DNA from: the human T2T-CHM13v2.0 reference genome, Homo sapiens
Strand: one strand, 5' to 3'
Assembly (NCBI RefSeq): GCF_009914755.1
Contig: NC_060947.1
DNA length: 64,000 nt
The first letter of the stretch is position 1, and every line of letters begins with the position of its first letter. This document shows, one piece after another, positions 47,287 to 62,034 of the stretch. The position numbers and the translations under genes were made by a program. The notes beneath the pieces are model-generated. The model was not told the origin of the DNA and searched no databases. It saw nothing but the letters and a program-made list of their open reading frames with translations.

Positions 47287-50135
47287 TCATTAAAGGGACG
47301 CTGGATTTTATGAAATGCTTTTTCTGCATCTATTAAGATGGTCAAATGGTTTTTGTTTTTAAGTTTGTTTATGTGATGAATCAAATTTATTGACTTGTAT
47401 ATGTTGAACCATCCCTGCATCCCTGGAATGAAACCCATTCGATCATGGTGAAATTTTTTGGATGTACTGATGGATTCAGTTTGCAAGTATTTTGTTGAGG
47501 GCTTTTGCATCTATATTCATCAAGGATATTGGTCTGTAGTTTTCTTTTTTTGTTACATCTTTTCCTGGCTTTGTTATTAGGGTGTTACTGGCTTTGTAGA
47601 ATGAGTTAGAGAGGATTCCCTCCTTCTCAATATTTTGGAATAGTTTCAGTAAAATTGGTACTAATTCTCCTTTGAATGTTTGATAGAATTCAGCTGTGAA
47701 ACCGACCTGTGCTTTTTTTGGCTGGAAGTTTTTGTATTACTAATCCAGTCTCACTGCTTGTTTTTCGTCTGCTCAGGATTTCTATTTTTCCCTCATTCAA
47801 GCTGTTGGGGGGGAGTGGTTGCATTTTTCCAAAAATTTATCCATTTCCTCTAGATTTCTAGTTTGTGTGCATAGAGGTATTCATAGTAGTCTCAAAAGAT
47901 CTTTTGTATTTCTGTGGTGTCAGTTGTAATGGCTCCATTTGCATCTCTAATTGAGATTAATTGAATTGTCTCTCTTCTTTTCTTGGCTAGCAAGTGGTCT
48001 ATCAATTTTGTTTATCTTTTCAAAAAAGTCTTCAACAAACTAGGCATAAAAGGAACATACCTCAAAATTTAAAAAGCTATATACAACAAACCCACAGCCA
48101 ACATCATACTGAATGGGAAAAAGTTGAAAGCACTCCCCCTAAGAACTAGAACCAGACAAGGATGCCTACTTTCACCATTTCTACTCAACATAGAGCTGGA
48201 AGTCCTAGCCAGAGCAATCAGGCAAAAGAAAGAAATAAAGGGCATCCAAATCAGAAAAGAGAAAGTCAAACTATCTCTTTTTGCCAATAGTATAAGCTTA
48301 CATCTAGAAAACCCTAACAACTCCTCCAAAAGACTCTTAGATCTGGCAAATGAATTCAGCAAAGTCTCAGGTTACAAAATCAATGTGCACAAATTAGTAG
48401 CACTGCTATACACCACAATGACCAAGCTGAGAATCAAATTAAGAACTCAGTCGCTTTTATAATAGCTACAAAATAACATACCTAGGAACATACTGAACCT
48501 ATAAAGTGAAAAGTCTCTACAAGGAGAACTACAAAGCACTGCTGAATGAAGCCATAGATGACACGAACAAATGGAAATACATCCCATGTGCATGGACTGG
48601 AATAATCAATATTGTGAAAATGACCATACTCCCCAAAGCAATCTACAGATTCAATGCAATTTCCATCAAAATACCAACATCATGTTTTACAGAATTAAAG
48701 AGAAAATAATCTTAAAATTCATATGGAATTCAAAAAGAGCCTGAATAGCCAAAGCAATTCTAAAGAAAAATAATAAATTTGGAGGCATCATATTACCCCA
48801 CTTCCAATTATACTGCAAGGCTATAGTTACCAAAACCACATGGAACTGCTATAAAAGTAGATACAAAGACCAATGGAAAAGAATAGAGAGCACAGAAATA
48901 AAGCCAAATACTTACAACCAACTGATTTTTGACAAAGCATACAAACACAAATTGGAGAAAGGCTACCCTATTTAATAAATGGTGCTGGGAAAACTGGATA
49001 GCCTCATGTAGAAGAATAAAACTGGATCCCAATCTTTCACCACATAGGAAAATTAACTCAAGATTGATTAAAGACTTAAAGACCTGAAGCCATACAGATT
49101 GTAGAAGAAAACATAGAAAAAACTCTTCTGCACGTTGGCCTATGCAAAGAATTTATGACTAAGACCCCAAAAGCAATTGCAACAAAAACAAATATAAATA
49201 CATAGGACCTAATTAAACTAAAAAGCTTCTGCATAGCAAAAGACATAATCCAGAGTAAACAGGCAACCTATAAAATGGGAGAAAATACTTGCAAATTATA
49301 CATCTAAAAAAGGACTAATTTCAAGAATCTACGAGGAACTCAAAAAAGTCAGCAAGAAAAAACATAATTCATTAAAAAGTGGGAAAAGAACATGAATCGA
49401 CATTTCTCAAAAGAAGATATACAAATGGCCAACAAACATATTTAAAAATGCTTAACATCACTAATCATCAGGGAAATGCAAATTAAAACCACAATGAGTT
49501 ACCACCTTATGCCAGCCAGAATGGCCATTATTAAAAAGTCAAAAACCAATACATGTTACTATGGATGTGGTAAAAATGTAATGCTTATACACTGCTGGTG
49601 GATATGTAAATTAATACAACCTCTATGGAAAACAGTATGGAGATGTCACAAAGAACTAAATTGCAGCACAATTTACAATTGCAAAGATTTGAAATCAACT
49701 TAAGTGTCATCAGCTGATGAGTAGATGAAGAAAATGTGGCACATATATAGCAGGGAATACTACTCAGCCATAAAAAATAATGAAATAATGTATTTTGCAG
49801 CAACTTGGATGGACCTGGAGGCAATTATTCTAAGTGAAGTAACTTAGGAATGGAAAACCAAATATCACCTGTCCTCACTTATAAGTGAGACCTAAACACA
49901 AAAGCATACGGAAGGGTATAGTGAAAATGGGAGACTCGGAAGAGGGGAGAGTGGAAGGTGGGTGAGGGATGAAAAACTACTTATTGGGTACCATACTACT
50001 TGAGTGATGAGTACAATAAAATCCTAGACTTCACCACTATACAATTCATCCATGTAACTAAAATCCACTTGTACTCTAAAGGTATTGAAATAAAAAAATC
50101 AAAAACAAAACAAAACAAAAAAAAACAGAAAAAAA
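47287..50135 (+). mobile_element. L1PB-like element with 5' inversion (twin priming): 47287-48027 inverted, 48028-50135 sense
   Basis: Orientation switch near 48028; decayed 15-bp TSD caaacgccataccta (47272-47286) / caaatgccataacta (50136-50150). Confidence 0.88.
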
Positions 50136-51224
50136 CAAATGCCATAACTAAAATTTGTAACTGTTTTAACATTCTTAAAAGTTTGCCAAAAATAAGGACA
50201 GATAAATCTATTGTATTTATTGTTGTTATTTTTTCCAACCAAGCAGCATCATGTTGAGGCTGAGATTGGTTCATTTAGTTTAGAAGACAGTGTTTGGAAA
50301 AAATCTACTGCATATTTACTAAATCAGTCATCAAAATTTCACAGATAGATGAGTTAATTAGCTGAAGAAAAGGACTGATTTCCCACTTTTTATGAGAATA
50401 AATGTTTACATTCCAGCAACTCATAAGTACAGTTGGGAATAGAGCATATCTCTTATTCAGTGGAAAAAAAAGTGTCCATTGAAGTTTGCTTATACTTTTT
50501 TGTAAATTTAAAAGGGTGAGTTTAGGTAATAAAATTAATTAATTTTATTCCCCAAAACATCATCATATAAAAATGAATTTTCTTACACAGAGAATGAGCA
50601 GCCTTTGGAAGTTTGTGATCCATGCTGTAGGCAGAAATGCTTAAATGAAAGAGCAATTAAATCATCTTATGGGATAAAAATGCAAGGAAAAATGAAGATG
50701 TCTTCTTTTTTAATGTTACTCTGGAAACTGTGGTACTTTTTTTGCTTCTTTCATTGTTTTCACAAAAAACTAGCTCAGATAATATTGTAATGACAAAGAG
50801 TGTATTTTTCATGTTTTATTGCAGGACAAAAATTTCTATATTCATTTTGTACAAAATAGCTTCATAGTTTGGCTCAAAGATGGCTAAGAATACAAGAGAT
50901 CATGTAGAATACTGTTATGGCACTTTAATTCATGAACATACAATTACTTCTACATAATACATCATAGTCCAACTGTGTCTACTGAATAGTAATCATTCAA
51001 AACCTGTAAAAATGTTTAAATCAATGTTAAGGGTAGTATTTATGACCATAGTGAATTATTTATCTTTGACCAAGTAAACTAATTCCATCTTCCAGCTTTC
51101 CAACAGTTATCATAATATATCACTTATAATTAAATAACTAGAACCATTTTATAGTTTTCTCTCTCTTGCTCATCTTACTCTGAGGATGACTGGTGGAGCT
51201 AATGGAGAAAGGGAGGCTGCAGAG

Positions 51225-51450
51225 GAGTATTTGGGGAGACTGCTTGGATTAATATTCTAGCTCAATTTTTTTTATGTCATGGGCCTTGTGGCACTTCACC
51301 ATCTTGATATTATCAGTTCCCCCGCCCATGAAGTGAGAGTAGCAATAGTATCTTTCTCATTTTTTTGAAAGAATGAAATGAAATAATCTATTTAAAGCAC
51401 TTACACAGAGCCTAATACCTGGTAGGCACTCAGTAAATGTTTGTTAGCTG
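51225..51450 (+). mobile_element. MIR SINE
   Basis: aatgaaataatctatttaaagcacttacacagagcctaatacctggtaggcactcagtaaatg. Confidence 0.7.
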
Positions 51451-51518
51451 TGATCCTTTTTCCAGAATTTCCAAACCTATTTGTGAGGAAAGCCAAGGAG
51501 TGCTTACAGATAACCTAT

Positions 51519-51668
51519 ATCAATGGTCTCAAACCTTCGTGTGCATCAGAATATGCTGGAAGGCTGTCAACACAGATTGCCGGACTGCACTGCCAGAGCT
51601 GCTGATTCATTAGATCTGGGATGGGGCCCAAGAGTTTGCATTCCAAAGAAATTCCCTGGTGATGCTGA
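51519..51668. mobile_element. MER5A MITE fragment
   Basis: gtctcaaaccttcgtgtgcatcagaat...tgattcattagatctgggatggggcccaagagtttgcatt. Confidence 0.8.
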
Positions 51669-52204
51669 AACTTAGTTGGACGAAATCATGAATTATGTGT
51701 CCAACACAACAATTGCAAGCACATGTCTGATTCACAGGCCTCTTAATTTAGAAAAAAAAATGTGTGCTCTACTAATGTTTATATTTACATTATCATAAAA
51801 CATAGCTTTATGTTCAATATTGAAACTTTACTGATAACTCAACAAAATATTAGATATTTTATTTTCAAAATAAAGACTTCTCTAAAGCTTTACTTGCCAT
51901 TTGTCCATTGGTTAAAAAAAAAACCCTGAAGATTATTGGAATAATCCGATTTTCTATTTGAAGCATTTGATCACACTACACTGATATAAAACTGGTATAT
52001 TTTGCTGTTTATGAAGTTTTTCTGCTAATGAAGCCTGTGTAATCACAACTACCAAGCCACTTTTTATACATACATAATAATAGAAAATTAAAGCAATCAA
52101 TTTAAAAAAAACCAATCATTCGATCTAAATAAGTCATATTTTATAGAATGGTATGTGAATATACCTACTTCACCAGTGCATATTATATTATTGTCTTCTA
52201 TAAT

Positions 52205-55200
52205 AACCTATTTTTTAACTTTTAGGTTTCGGGCACATGTGCAGTTTTTTTAATAAATGTAAATTGAGTGTCATGGGGGTTTGGGTGTACAGATTATTTC
52301 ATCACCCAAATAATAAGCACAGTACCCAATAGGTAGTTCTGCGATCTTCATCCTGCTCCCTCTCTCCACTCTCGATTAGGCCCCATTGTTTGTTCTTCCC
52401 TTCTTTGTATCCATGTGTACTCACTGTTTAGCTCCCACTTATAAGTGAGAACATGTGGTATTTGGTTTTCTGTTTCTGTTAATTCATTTAGGATAATGGC
52501 CTCAAGCTCCATTCGTGTTGCTGCAAAGGACATAGTTTTGTTTTGTTTTTTTTTTAATGGCTGCATAGTATTCCATGGTGTGTACATACTGCATTTTCTT
52601 CATCCAGTCTGTCATTGATGGGCATGCAGATTGGTTCCATGTCTTTGCTATTGTGAATAGTGCTGCAATGAACATACACGTGCATGTGTCTTTATAATAG
52701 AATAATTTATATTCCTTTGGGTGTATACCCAGTAATGGGATTGCTGGGCTGAATGGTATTTCTCTCTTTAGGTCCTTCAGGAATCACCAAACTGTCCTCC
52801 ACAATGGTTGAATGAATGTATACTCCCACCAACAATATAAAAATGTTCTTTTTTCTCCACAACCTCGCCAGCATCTGTTATTTTTTGGCTTTTTAATAAT
52901 TGCCATTCTGACTGATATGAGATGGTATCTCACTGTGGTTTTGAATTTCATTTCTCTAATGATGAGTGATGTTGAGATTTTTTTCATATGTTTGCTGGCC
53001 ACATGAATGTCTTCTTTTGAGAAGTGTCTCTTCATGTTCTTTGCCACTTTTTAATGGAGTTGTTTTTTTCTGGTAAATTTGTTTAAGTTCCTTATAGATG
53101 CTGGATATTAGCCATTTGTTAGATGCATAGTTTGGAAAAATCTTCTCCCATTCTGTATGTTGTCTGTTTACTTTGTTGATAGTTTCTTTTGCTGTGCAGA
53201 AATGCTTAAGTTGGATTAGATCCAATTTGTCAATTTTTGCTTTTGTTGCAATCGCTTTTGGCATCTTTGTCATGAAATCTTTGTTCCTCCCTATGTCCAG
53301 AATGGTATTGCATAGGTTGTCTTTCAGGGTTTTTATAGTTTGGGGTTTTACATTTAAGTCTTTAGTCCACCTTGAATTGATATTTATATATGGTATAAGG
53401 AAGGAGTCCAATTTCAATTTTCTGCACATGGCTAGCCAGTTATCCCAACACCCTTTATTGACTAGAGAGTCCTTTCCCCATTGCTTGTTCTAGTCAACTT
53501 TGTCAAAGATCAGATGGTTGTAGGTGTGTGGCATTATTTCTAGGCTCTCTGTTCTGTTCCATTGATCTATATGCCTGTTTTTGTACCAGTACCATACTGT
53601 TATAGTTGCTGTAGCCTTGTATTATAGTTTGAAGTCAGGAAATGTGATGCCTCCAGCTTTGTTCTTTTTGCTTAGGATTGGCTTGGCTACTCGAGCACTT
53701 TTGTGGTTCCATATGAATTTCAAAATAGTTTTTTTTCTAGTTCTGTAAAGAATGTCATTGGTGGTTTGATAGGAATAGCTTTGAATCTGTAAATTGCTTT
53801 AGGCAGCACGGCCATTTGAATGATATCAAGTTTTACAATCCATGAGCATGGCATGCTTTTCCATTTGTTTGTGTCATCTCTGATTCCTTTGAACAGTGTT
53901 TTCTAAATCTCATTGTACAGATGTTTGCCTTCCTGGTTAGCTGTATTCCTAGGTATTTTATTCTTTTTGTGACTATTATCAGTAAAATGGCTTCCTTGAC
54001 TTGGCTCTCAGCTTGGATGTTGTTGAAGTATAGAAATGCTACCGATTTTTGTACACTGATTTTGTATCCTGAAACTTTGCTGCAGCTGTTTATCAGATCA
54101 AGGAGCTTTTGGGCTGAGACTATGGGGTTTTCTAGATATAGAATCATGTTATCTTCAAACAGCGGTAGTTTGACTTCCTATTTGAATGCCTTTAATTTCT
54201 TTCTCTTGCCTCATTGCTCCAGTCAGGACTTCCAGTACTATGTTGAATAGGAGTGGTGAAAGAGGATATCTTGTCTTGTTTTGATTGTCAAGGGAAATAC
54301 CTCCTGCTTTTGCCCATCCAGTATGTTGCTGGCTGTGGGTTTGTCATAGATGGCTCTTATTATTTTGAAGTTTGTTCCTTTAATGCCCAGTTTGTTGAGT
54401 GTTTTTAACATTAAGGGATGTTTAATTTTATTGAAAGCCTTTTCTGCATCTATTGCAATAATCTTGTGGGTTTTGTCTCTAGGTCTGTTTATGTGATGAA
54501 TCACATTTATTGATTTGTGTATGTTTAACCAACCTTGCATCCCAGTGATAAAGCCTACTTGATTGTGAAGGATTCGCTTTTTGATGTGCTGCGGGATTTG
54601 GTTTGCAAGTATTTTGTTGGTGATTTTTGCATCTATGTTCATCAAAAATATTGGCCTGGAGTTTTCTTTTCTGGTTATGTCTCTGCAAGGTTTTGGTATC
54701 AAGATGACACTGGCCTCATAGAATGAGTTAGGGAGGAGTTCCTCCTCAATTCTTTGGAATAGTTTCAGTAGGAATGTTACCAGCTCTTCTTTATACATCT
54801 GTTAGAATTCAGCTGTAAATTCATCTGGTTCTGGGCTTTATCTGGTTAGTAGGCTTTTCATTACTGATGCAATTTTGGAACTTGTTATTGGTCTGTTCTG
54901 GGATTCAATTACTTCCTGGTTCAATCTTGGGAGATTGTATGCTTCTGGGAATTTATTCATTGCTTTTAGGCTTTCATGCTTGTGTGCATAAAGTTGTTCA
55001 TAGTAGACTCTAAGGGCTTTTTGTGTTTCTGTGGGGTAAGCCTTGATGTCCCCTTTGCCATTTCTGATTGTGTTTATTTGGATCTTCTCTCTCTTTTTTT
55101 ATTAGTCTAGTTAGTGGTCTGTCTTATTTATTCTTTCACAGAACCAACTACTAGACTCATTGATCTTTTTTGTGTGTGTTTTGGGTTTTTTTTTTTGTTT

Positions 55201-58200
55201 TTGTTTTTGTTTTGCATCTCAATTTCCTTCAGTTCAGCTCTGATTTTGGTTATTTCTTGTCTTCTGCTAGCTTTGGGGTTCATTTACTCTTATTTCTATA
55301 GTTTCTCTAGATGCGATGTTAGGTGGTTAATTTAAGATCTTTCTGGCTTTTTGATGTGGGCCTTTAGCGTTACAAACTTCTCTCTGAACACTGTTTTAGC
55401 TGTGTCCCTGAGATTCTGATATGTTGTATCTTTATCCTCATTCGTTTCAAAGAATTTCTTGGTTTTTGTTTTAATTTCATTGTTTACCTAAAGGTCATTC
55501 AGGAGAAGGTTGTTTAGTTTCCATGTCATTGTATAGTTTTGAGCGATTTTTTAGTATTGATTTCTGTTTTTATTGCATGGGTATGATTTCAGTTTTTCTG
55601 AATTTGCTCAGAATTGTTTTATGTCCGACTGTGTGGTCAATTTTAGAGGATGTGCCATGTGCATAAGAGAAGAGTGTATATTCTCTTGTTTGGGGGAGAA
55701 GAGTTCTGTGGATGTCTATTAGGGCCATCTGGTCACTTGTTGAGTTCAGGTCCTGAATATCTTTGTTCGTTTTCTGCTTCAGTGATTTGTCTAATACTCT
55801 CCGTGGGATGTTGAAGTTTCCCACTATTACTGTGTAGAAAATCTAAGTCCTTTATAGTTCCTTAAGATCTTCCTTTATGAATCTTCCCTTAGGAATCTTC
55901 CTTATGATCTTCCTTTATGCTCCTGTGTTGGGTGCATATATATTTAGGGTTTTTAGGTCTTCTTGTTGAATTGAACCATTTACCAATATGTAATGCCCAT
56001 CCTTGTCTTCTTTGATCTGTATTGGTTTAAAATCTGTTTTGTCCGAAATTAGGATAGCAACTCCTGTTTTTTCCTGTTTTCCATTTGCTTGGTAGATTTT
56101 TTTCTCCATCTCTTTACTTTCAGCCTATGGGTGTCACTGCATGTGAGATGAGTCTCTTGAAGACAGTATACCATTGGGTGTTGCTTCTTCATCAAGCTTG
56201 CCACTCTGTACCTTTTATTTGGGGCATTTAGCCAATTCACATTCAAGGTTAATATTGATATGTATGGATTTGATCTTGTCATTTTGTTGTTAGCTAGTTA
56301 TGCAGACTTGTGTGTATGGTTGCTTTACAGTGTCAATGGTCTATGTACTGGCCAGTAACAGTCTTTCCTTTTCATATTTAGCTCTCCTTCAGGACCTCTT
56401 GTAAGGCAGGTCCGGTGATAACAAATTCCCTCAGTATTTGCTTGTCCAAAAAACATCTTATTTCTCCTTTGCTGATGAAGTTTAGTTTGACTGGACATTA
56501 AATTCTGGGTTGGATTCTTTTCTTTAAGAATGCTGAATATAGGCCCCAATCCCTTCTGGCTTGTAGGGTTTCTGCTGAAAGGTCCGCTGTTAGCCTGATG
56601 GGGTTCCCTTTGTAGGTGACCTGTCCCTTCTCTCTAGCTGCCTTTAACATTTTTTCTTCCTTTTCAACCTTGGTAAATCTGAAGACTATGTGTCTTGGGG
56701 ATGGTCTTCCTGTGTAGTAACTTGCAGAGGTTCTCGGCATTTCCTGAATTTGAATATTGGCCTCTCCAAAGAGGTTGGGGAAATTTTCATAGATAACATC
56801 CTGGAATATGTTTTCCAAGTTGCTTGCTTTCTCCCCCTCTTTCAGGGATACCAATGAGTCATAGATTTGGTCCCTTTGCATAATCCCATATTTCTCAGAG
56901 GCTTTGTTCATTCTTTTTCATTCTTTTTTTTTTTTCTGAATGAGTTAGTTGGGAGAACCCGCCTTCTACCTCTGAGATTCTTCCCCAGCTTGGTGTATTC
57001 TGCAGTTAATACTTGTGATTGCATTATGACATTCTTGTAGTGTGTTTTTCAGCTCTATCTGATCAGTTTGGTTCTTTCTTATAATGGCCATTTTATCTAT
57101 CAGCTGCTGTACCATTTTATTATACTCCTTAGATTCGTTGGATTGGGTATTGACTTTTTCCTGAAAATCAATGTTCTTCACTCCTATCCCTATTCTAAAT
57201 TCTGTTTGTTATTTCAGACATTTCAGCCTGGTTAACAACCCTTGCTGGGGAATTAGTGTCACCGTTTGGAGGAAAGAAGACACTCTGGCTTTTTGAGCTG
57301 CCAGAGTTCTTGCACTGGTTCTTTCTCATCTTTGTGGGCTGATTTTCCTTTAACTGTGGTTTAATTTGAATACAGTCAGTTGACTTATTTTCTGGATGTT
57401 TTCAGAAAAGACTGAGCCTTAGCTCAGGGCCTTTATTTTTAGCTGAGTTCTTGTCCTTGGTTTCACAGGGTGGGTATATTAGCGAAGTATTTTTGATGTT
57501 GAAATTTGGGCTATGATCCAGTAGATGGCACTTAAGTATAATGGCCAGTAGGTAGGCTCTTGCTCAGCCACGTAGCTCCTCTGTATTTCCTCACATTTGC
57601 ACCTGTGCTCCCTCCCAGTGTTCAGAAGGTGTGGGCTCCTCTCCCACTTGAGTGCTGGCTGCAGATATTGGCTTAACACACCTCGGCTGCACACTGTAGC
57701 CCTGGAGTGAGCTCAGGCTTTATGCTCCTTCCCCAGGTTGGAGGCAACAGGGGAAAGGACCTTGGCAGTGGCTATGGCAGAGGGCCTTTCACTTGTCTTT
57801 TGAGGCTCCACCCCAGAGAAATGCAGAGTCACTTCCAATCAGTGTGATCGACCCAGAATGGGGTGGCTGTGTTGTGGGCCCAATCCAATAAGCCCTGTCT
57901 GGTGACGAGCAGGAGGTGCTGGAAACTCCTGGGGAAGACTGAGTGGTCTCTTCTCCTTAGAGCAGCTATGGTTTGCTAGAGGTGTGGTTAAAGCACTCAG
58001 GGTCTTTCCTCCTTCTTCATTTCAAGGACGGCAAGGGAAGTACCACCGTAGTGGCAGTGGAAGAGGGGTTTTCGGTTGCCTCTGGGAGCTAAAATGCAGA
58101 GTCGCTGGTACTGGGAATGTTCAGCCACGGAGTGGGATGGCTGCACTGCTGGCCCAAGCTGGGAGACCTTCCTGGTAAAGGGTGAAAACTTTTCTCTATA

Positions 58201-59780
58201 TGTCGACTGTGGCATGCTGGAAGCACAAGTGAAGCCCTCAGGCTCTTTATTTCTTCTCCATTTTGAGGGCAGCAGGAACAGAACCTCTGACATAGTGGCA
58301 GAAGGGCTGTCGTTTGCCTCTGGGAGCCCCTTTTTGGGGAAGCACAGAGATGCTAGCAGTGGGAATGCTCAGCTGGGTATAGGACAGCTGTTCCGTGTTC
58401 CCAAGACAGGGGCCCTGCCTGGTGAAAAGTGGAGGGTGGGGACTCACAGGGAAGAAAGACTGGATCCTCTCCATATGGTGACTGTGATGTGCTAGAGGTT
58501 CCAGCCCTTTGTTCCTTCCCCATCCTGAGGGCAGTAAGGGCAATACCACTGCAGCTGCAATGGCAGAGGGGCTGTAGGCTGTTTCTGGGATTTCCTCCTC
58601 AGAGAATCACAGAGCCGCCACTGACTGAAGTGTTTGGGTGGGGACAGGCTGGTTGTGCTGGAGGCCCGGGTCTAGAGGCACTGCCCAGTGAAGAACAGCA
58701 GAGGTGGAGACCTGTGTGGAAAACAGTCCCGCCACTTATAAGTATGGCTGAGGCGCTGTTCGGCACGAGGAGGGGGTCGGGGGTTGGGGCGGTCCTGTGT
58801 CACTCCCCAGCCGCTACGCTCTCTCCTGAGGGCAACAGGAGTCAGGAGTCATGGCTTTAGAGCAGTAAAATGGCGGCCTGCCCCTCCCTCTGGGCGCTCT
58901 GCCTCAGGGAAGTGCAGAGCTGCTACTGCCCTGAGAACCTAGGAGAGGAGTGGCTGGGGTGCCAGGTCGGGAGGCGCTGCCCAGTGATGAGTAGTGGGGT
59001 TGGGGACACACGTGGAAAAACTGGCTGCTTTTCCTTGAGATAGCTACACTGCTGAGCATCTGCATTAGTTCCTAATCACTGCACACCCTCCAGATCCTGA
59101 GGGCAACAGGAGAGAAGGTTGTGGAATAGCAAAAATGGCAGCCTGCCTCTCTCCCTGGGAGTTCCATCCCAGGGAACTGCAGAGCTGCTCTCGGCCAGAA
59201 CTCAGGCTGGGATAGGGGGGCCTCACTAGCATCCCAGGCCGGTGGGCCTTATCCTGAAAGAGGCAGTGGAGGCAAGGCCTGCAGTCCATCACTGTTCAGC
59301 CCCTGGATTTGGCACCTTTCCTGGGGGCATGCTAGCCTCCTCTGTTGCCAGAGCTGCAGCCACTGGTGCCGAGGTGCCAGGGGATCCAATGCTCCCAGGA
59401 CTCTGCATGTTCCTGAGCAGCAGCTTTGCCCAAACTCCACGTAGCCCTCTGTGCGGGTCTGGAGACCTCAGTAGAGGGAGTTCACGAGGGATCTCCTGAG
59501 CCCAGAGATGTAAAGGTCCATGGCAGTAGTGTGGGTCCCAGGGGACTCTGACTCATTCACCATTTCCCCGTGTTAGGGGACCTCCCCTGGCTCTGTGCCA
59601 TCCTCAGGTGGGCAGTTGTCCTGTGTGGATATTTGTTTTCCATGAGTCGCATTGTTTCCTTGATAAATCTCAATGTGTCCACCTGGATGTTCCAGTTTAA
59701 GAGGTAATATTTACTCGCTGCTCTTTCTCCTCTCCTTGAGAGAGGTGCACATTAGCTGCTTCTAGTCAGCCATATTGGCC
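52205..59780 (-). mobile_element. Full-length decayed L1 (L1PA13-like, ~7.6 kb, ~2.5-kb 5'UTR)
   Basis: Continuous 3'UTR, ORF2 fragments (52784-56282), ORF1 fragments (56325-57181) and a GC-rich repeated 5'UTR ending GGCCAATATGGCTGACTAGAAGC; many stops and frameshifts. Confidence 0.93.
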
Positions 59781-60689
59781 GTATGATAATAATCTTAAAA
59801 TAACTACTGACTTGTGTGATAGAGGCTGATGTTTCTTCAGCAGATATGTGTCTCCTGGTTAACATGTGGTCAGTTATATTACTACCACTCCACTAACATT
59901 TTATGTAAGTTACATATTCTTTGTCAATGTTCTTGAGAAACAGAAACTCAGTATTTAATTTGCCATTAAGCATACACTTTCTTTTAATCATTGATGCTGA
60001 AAAGACTCATTGAAAAATTAAATGTGTTAATAGTAAGAAGATTAGTAAGCAGTTGAAATTTTACACCATGACAAAAAAAAAAAAAACCATGTAGCAAGAG
60101 TGTCAGAACACACACTCATCAGTACTCTACAGCAGGACTGCTTAAGATTTTGTAGCCAGGTGGCAAGATGTGTTCACAAATTTAGAGAAGGCTACTCTTC
60201 TGTCTCTTCCTGTCCTCGCACTGCTCTGTCACCTTGAAGATTTGTGGGATTAAGAACACCCTTAGTATTGTTGCTGGCATTCCTGTGTCAGAAATCTATC
60301 AGAAATGACAGATGTAAAGCTTCATGTAGCAGTTTTATAAATAAAAATAGCAAACAGTTTTTGAGTGTTTATTGTTTCAGGTAAAGTATATACTTTCTTT
60401 GACACTGATCTGTTAACTGAAAATAATAAAAACAGTTTCCCTACCTATAGTTTTACTACTAATAATAATAATAGTAATAATAATAAGCATATATTGAGTA
60501 TGCATCAGACATTTTATGTGCATTAGTTTATTTAATTTCCTTTATTATTTTCATTTCCCTCTCTTCCTTCAGTTTCTGTTCCAACAACAGTAAATTTCCT
60601 CTTCCCCTTATAAAAACTTTCCACTGTGTATACAACACAATAAGCAGTTTACCTCCCTTTGTTCTGAAACAGATGGCATCTTTTCCCTG

Positions 60690-60825
60690 CACAGCCCCAT
60701 TTAAAGATTTGGAACCTGAGGCGTAGGAAGATTAAATTACTTGTTTATGTGATGTGGTTAGGGAAGAGTAAGGATTATTTTACCCCAAGAGACAGGCTTC
60801 AGAGCCCACATGCTCAATTACTTAG
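60690..60825 (-). mobile_element. MIR SINE fragment
   Basis: cccatttaaagatttggaacctgaggcgtaggaagattaaattacttg. Confidence 0.6.
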
Positions 60826-60839
60826 CTAGACTCGTTCCT

Positions 60840-61160
60840 GACCTTAAGTGTCAATAATTGGAAGTTCCAATCAATGAAAATTGGAGTAAATAGGATAGGA
60901 AAATCAGTGGTGACCAAAGCTTCAAGACTGATTTTAAGCCTCCTGTGAGAACCATTTTGTGGGTTTTCAAAAATAATTGGAGGATACTTTGAGGAAATGT
61001 TGTTTCCTGATTGAGAAATCCTTTGTAATTTGAATATGAGTGTAAAGGGAATTTCATTTGTATCTACAGGTTGGAGAGGCTTGGGTTGGGTTGTATGGAA
61101 ATTAATGGGTTTGGATAAGATGATTCCTAAATTTCCCATGTGAGCTAATTACTATTCTGT
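60840..61160 (+). mobile_element. L3/CR1 3' end fragment
   Basis: gggtttggataagatgattcctaaatttcccatg...tattctg resembles the CR1 terminus. Confidence 0.4.
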
Positions 61161-62034
61161 TTCTAAGACCTCTTAACATGGTACCACAAACATTGCATTT
61201 TAGTATTTCTGTTTGATTGATGCAAATAAAAGAACAGGTGATGTCCTAAAACCTGTATTCTATTTTGTTTCTAGTAGAAAATGACTTTCTAAAAGGTGCT
61301 TCATTTTTGATGATTCTGTTTTTGCATTCTGCGTCTCCAGGCTGAGAAGAAGAGAATGTGTCACACAATATCATGTGGTGCATATTTAAACATAAAGCCA
61401 GGCTGTGGAGAATATGCCATGTGTTCCTGCTAATATGGGAAATTAGGTTCATCAGGAAAAAATCAAACGCCCACTGGGCATTCAGCACACTAACCAGGTT
61501 GTAACCTTTTGTTCCAGTTGATCCAGACAGCTGTGCTGGGAACCAACCAGGAACATTGGAGAAAGTACTGTTAAGATGCATTATACTCCTAATGATACAG
61601 GGCAGAGCTTTGCTAACCTAAGGCAATTTTAGGAGTTTGAGCAGGCTTTAACACTCTAAGCATTATGGGACAAAGAAAAACTGAATCACAATTTTTTAAT
61701 AAGATACTATAATATAGAGAAAATGCACTACATGCCTATCAAAACCCAGCCCCTCCAAATGTGTTTGTTTAAGATCCTTTATCTTCATTTCTCAAAGATT
61801 TTGCTTTTCAATGATGCCCTCCCTCTCTGTGGCATTATCAACCTCTCACTTACTACTGGCTCATTCACGTAAGTGCACTGACATGCTCTATCAACTTAAC
61901 AAAATAAGTACATTTCTCTTGACCCCACTTCTTCCTTCAGCTGTCATTCTATTATTTATCTGCTTTCTTTAATGACAAAATTTAATGACAAAATGGTATG
62001 TGTGGTTTCCATTTTCTCAGAATCAGTTTGCCTT

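Noticed and set aside
57984-59499. Many ORFs and spaced repeats resembling an array
   Set aside because: Internal repeats of the old L1 5'UTR; not CRISPR-like and not coding.
61246-61581. 111-aa minus-strand ATG ORF in unique DNA
   Set aside because: No recognisable homology or exon structure; expected by chance in 64 kb.
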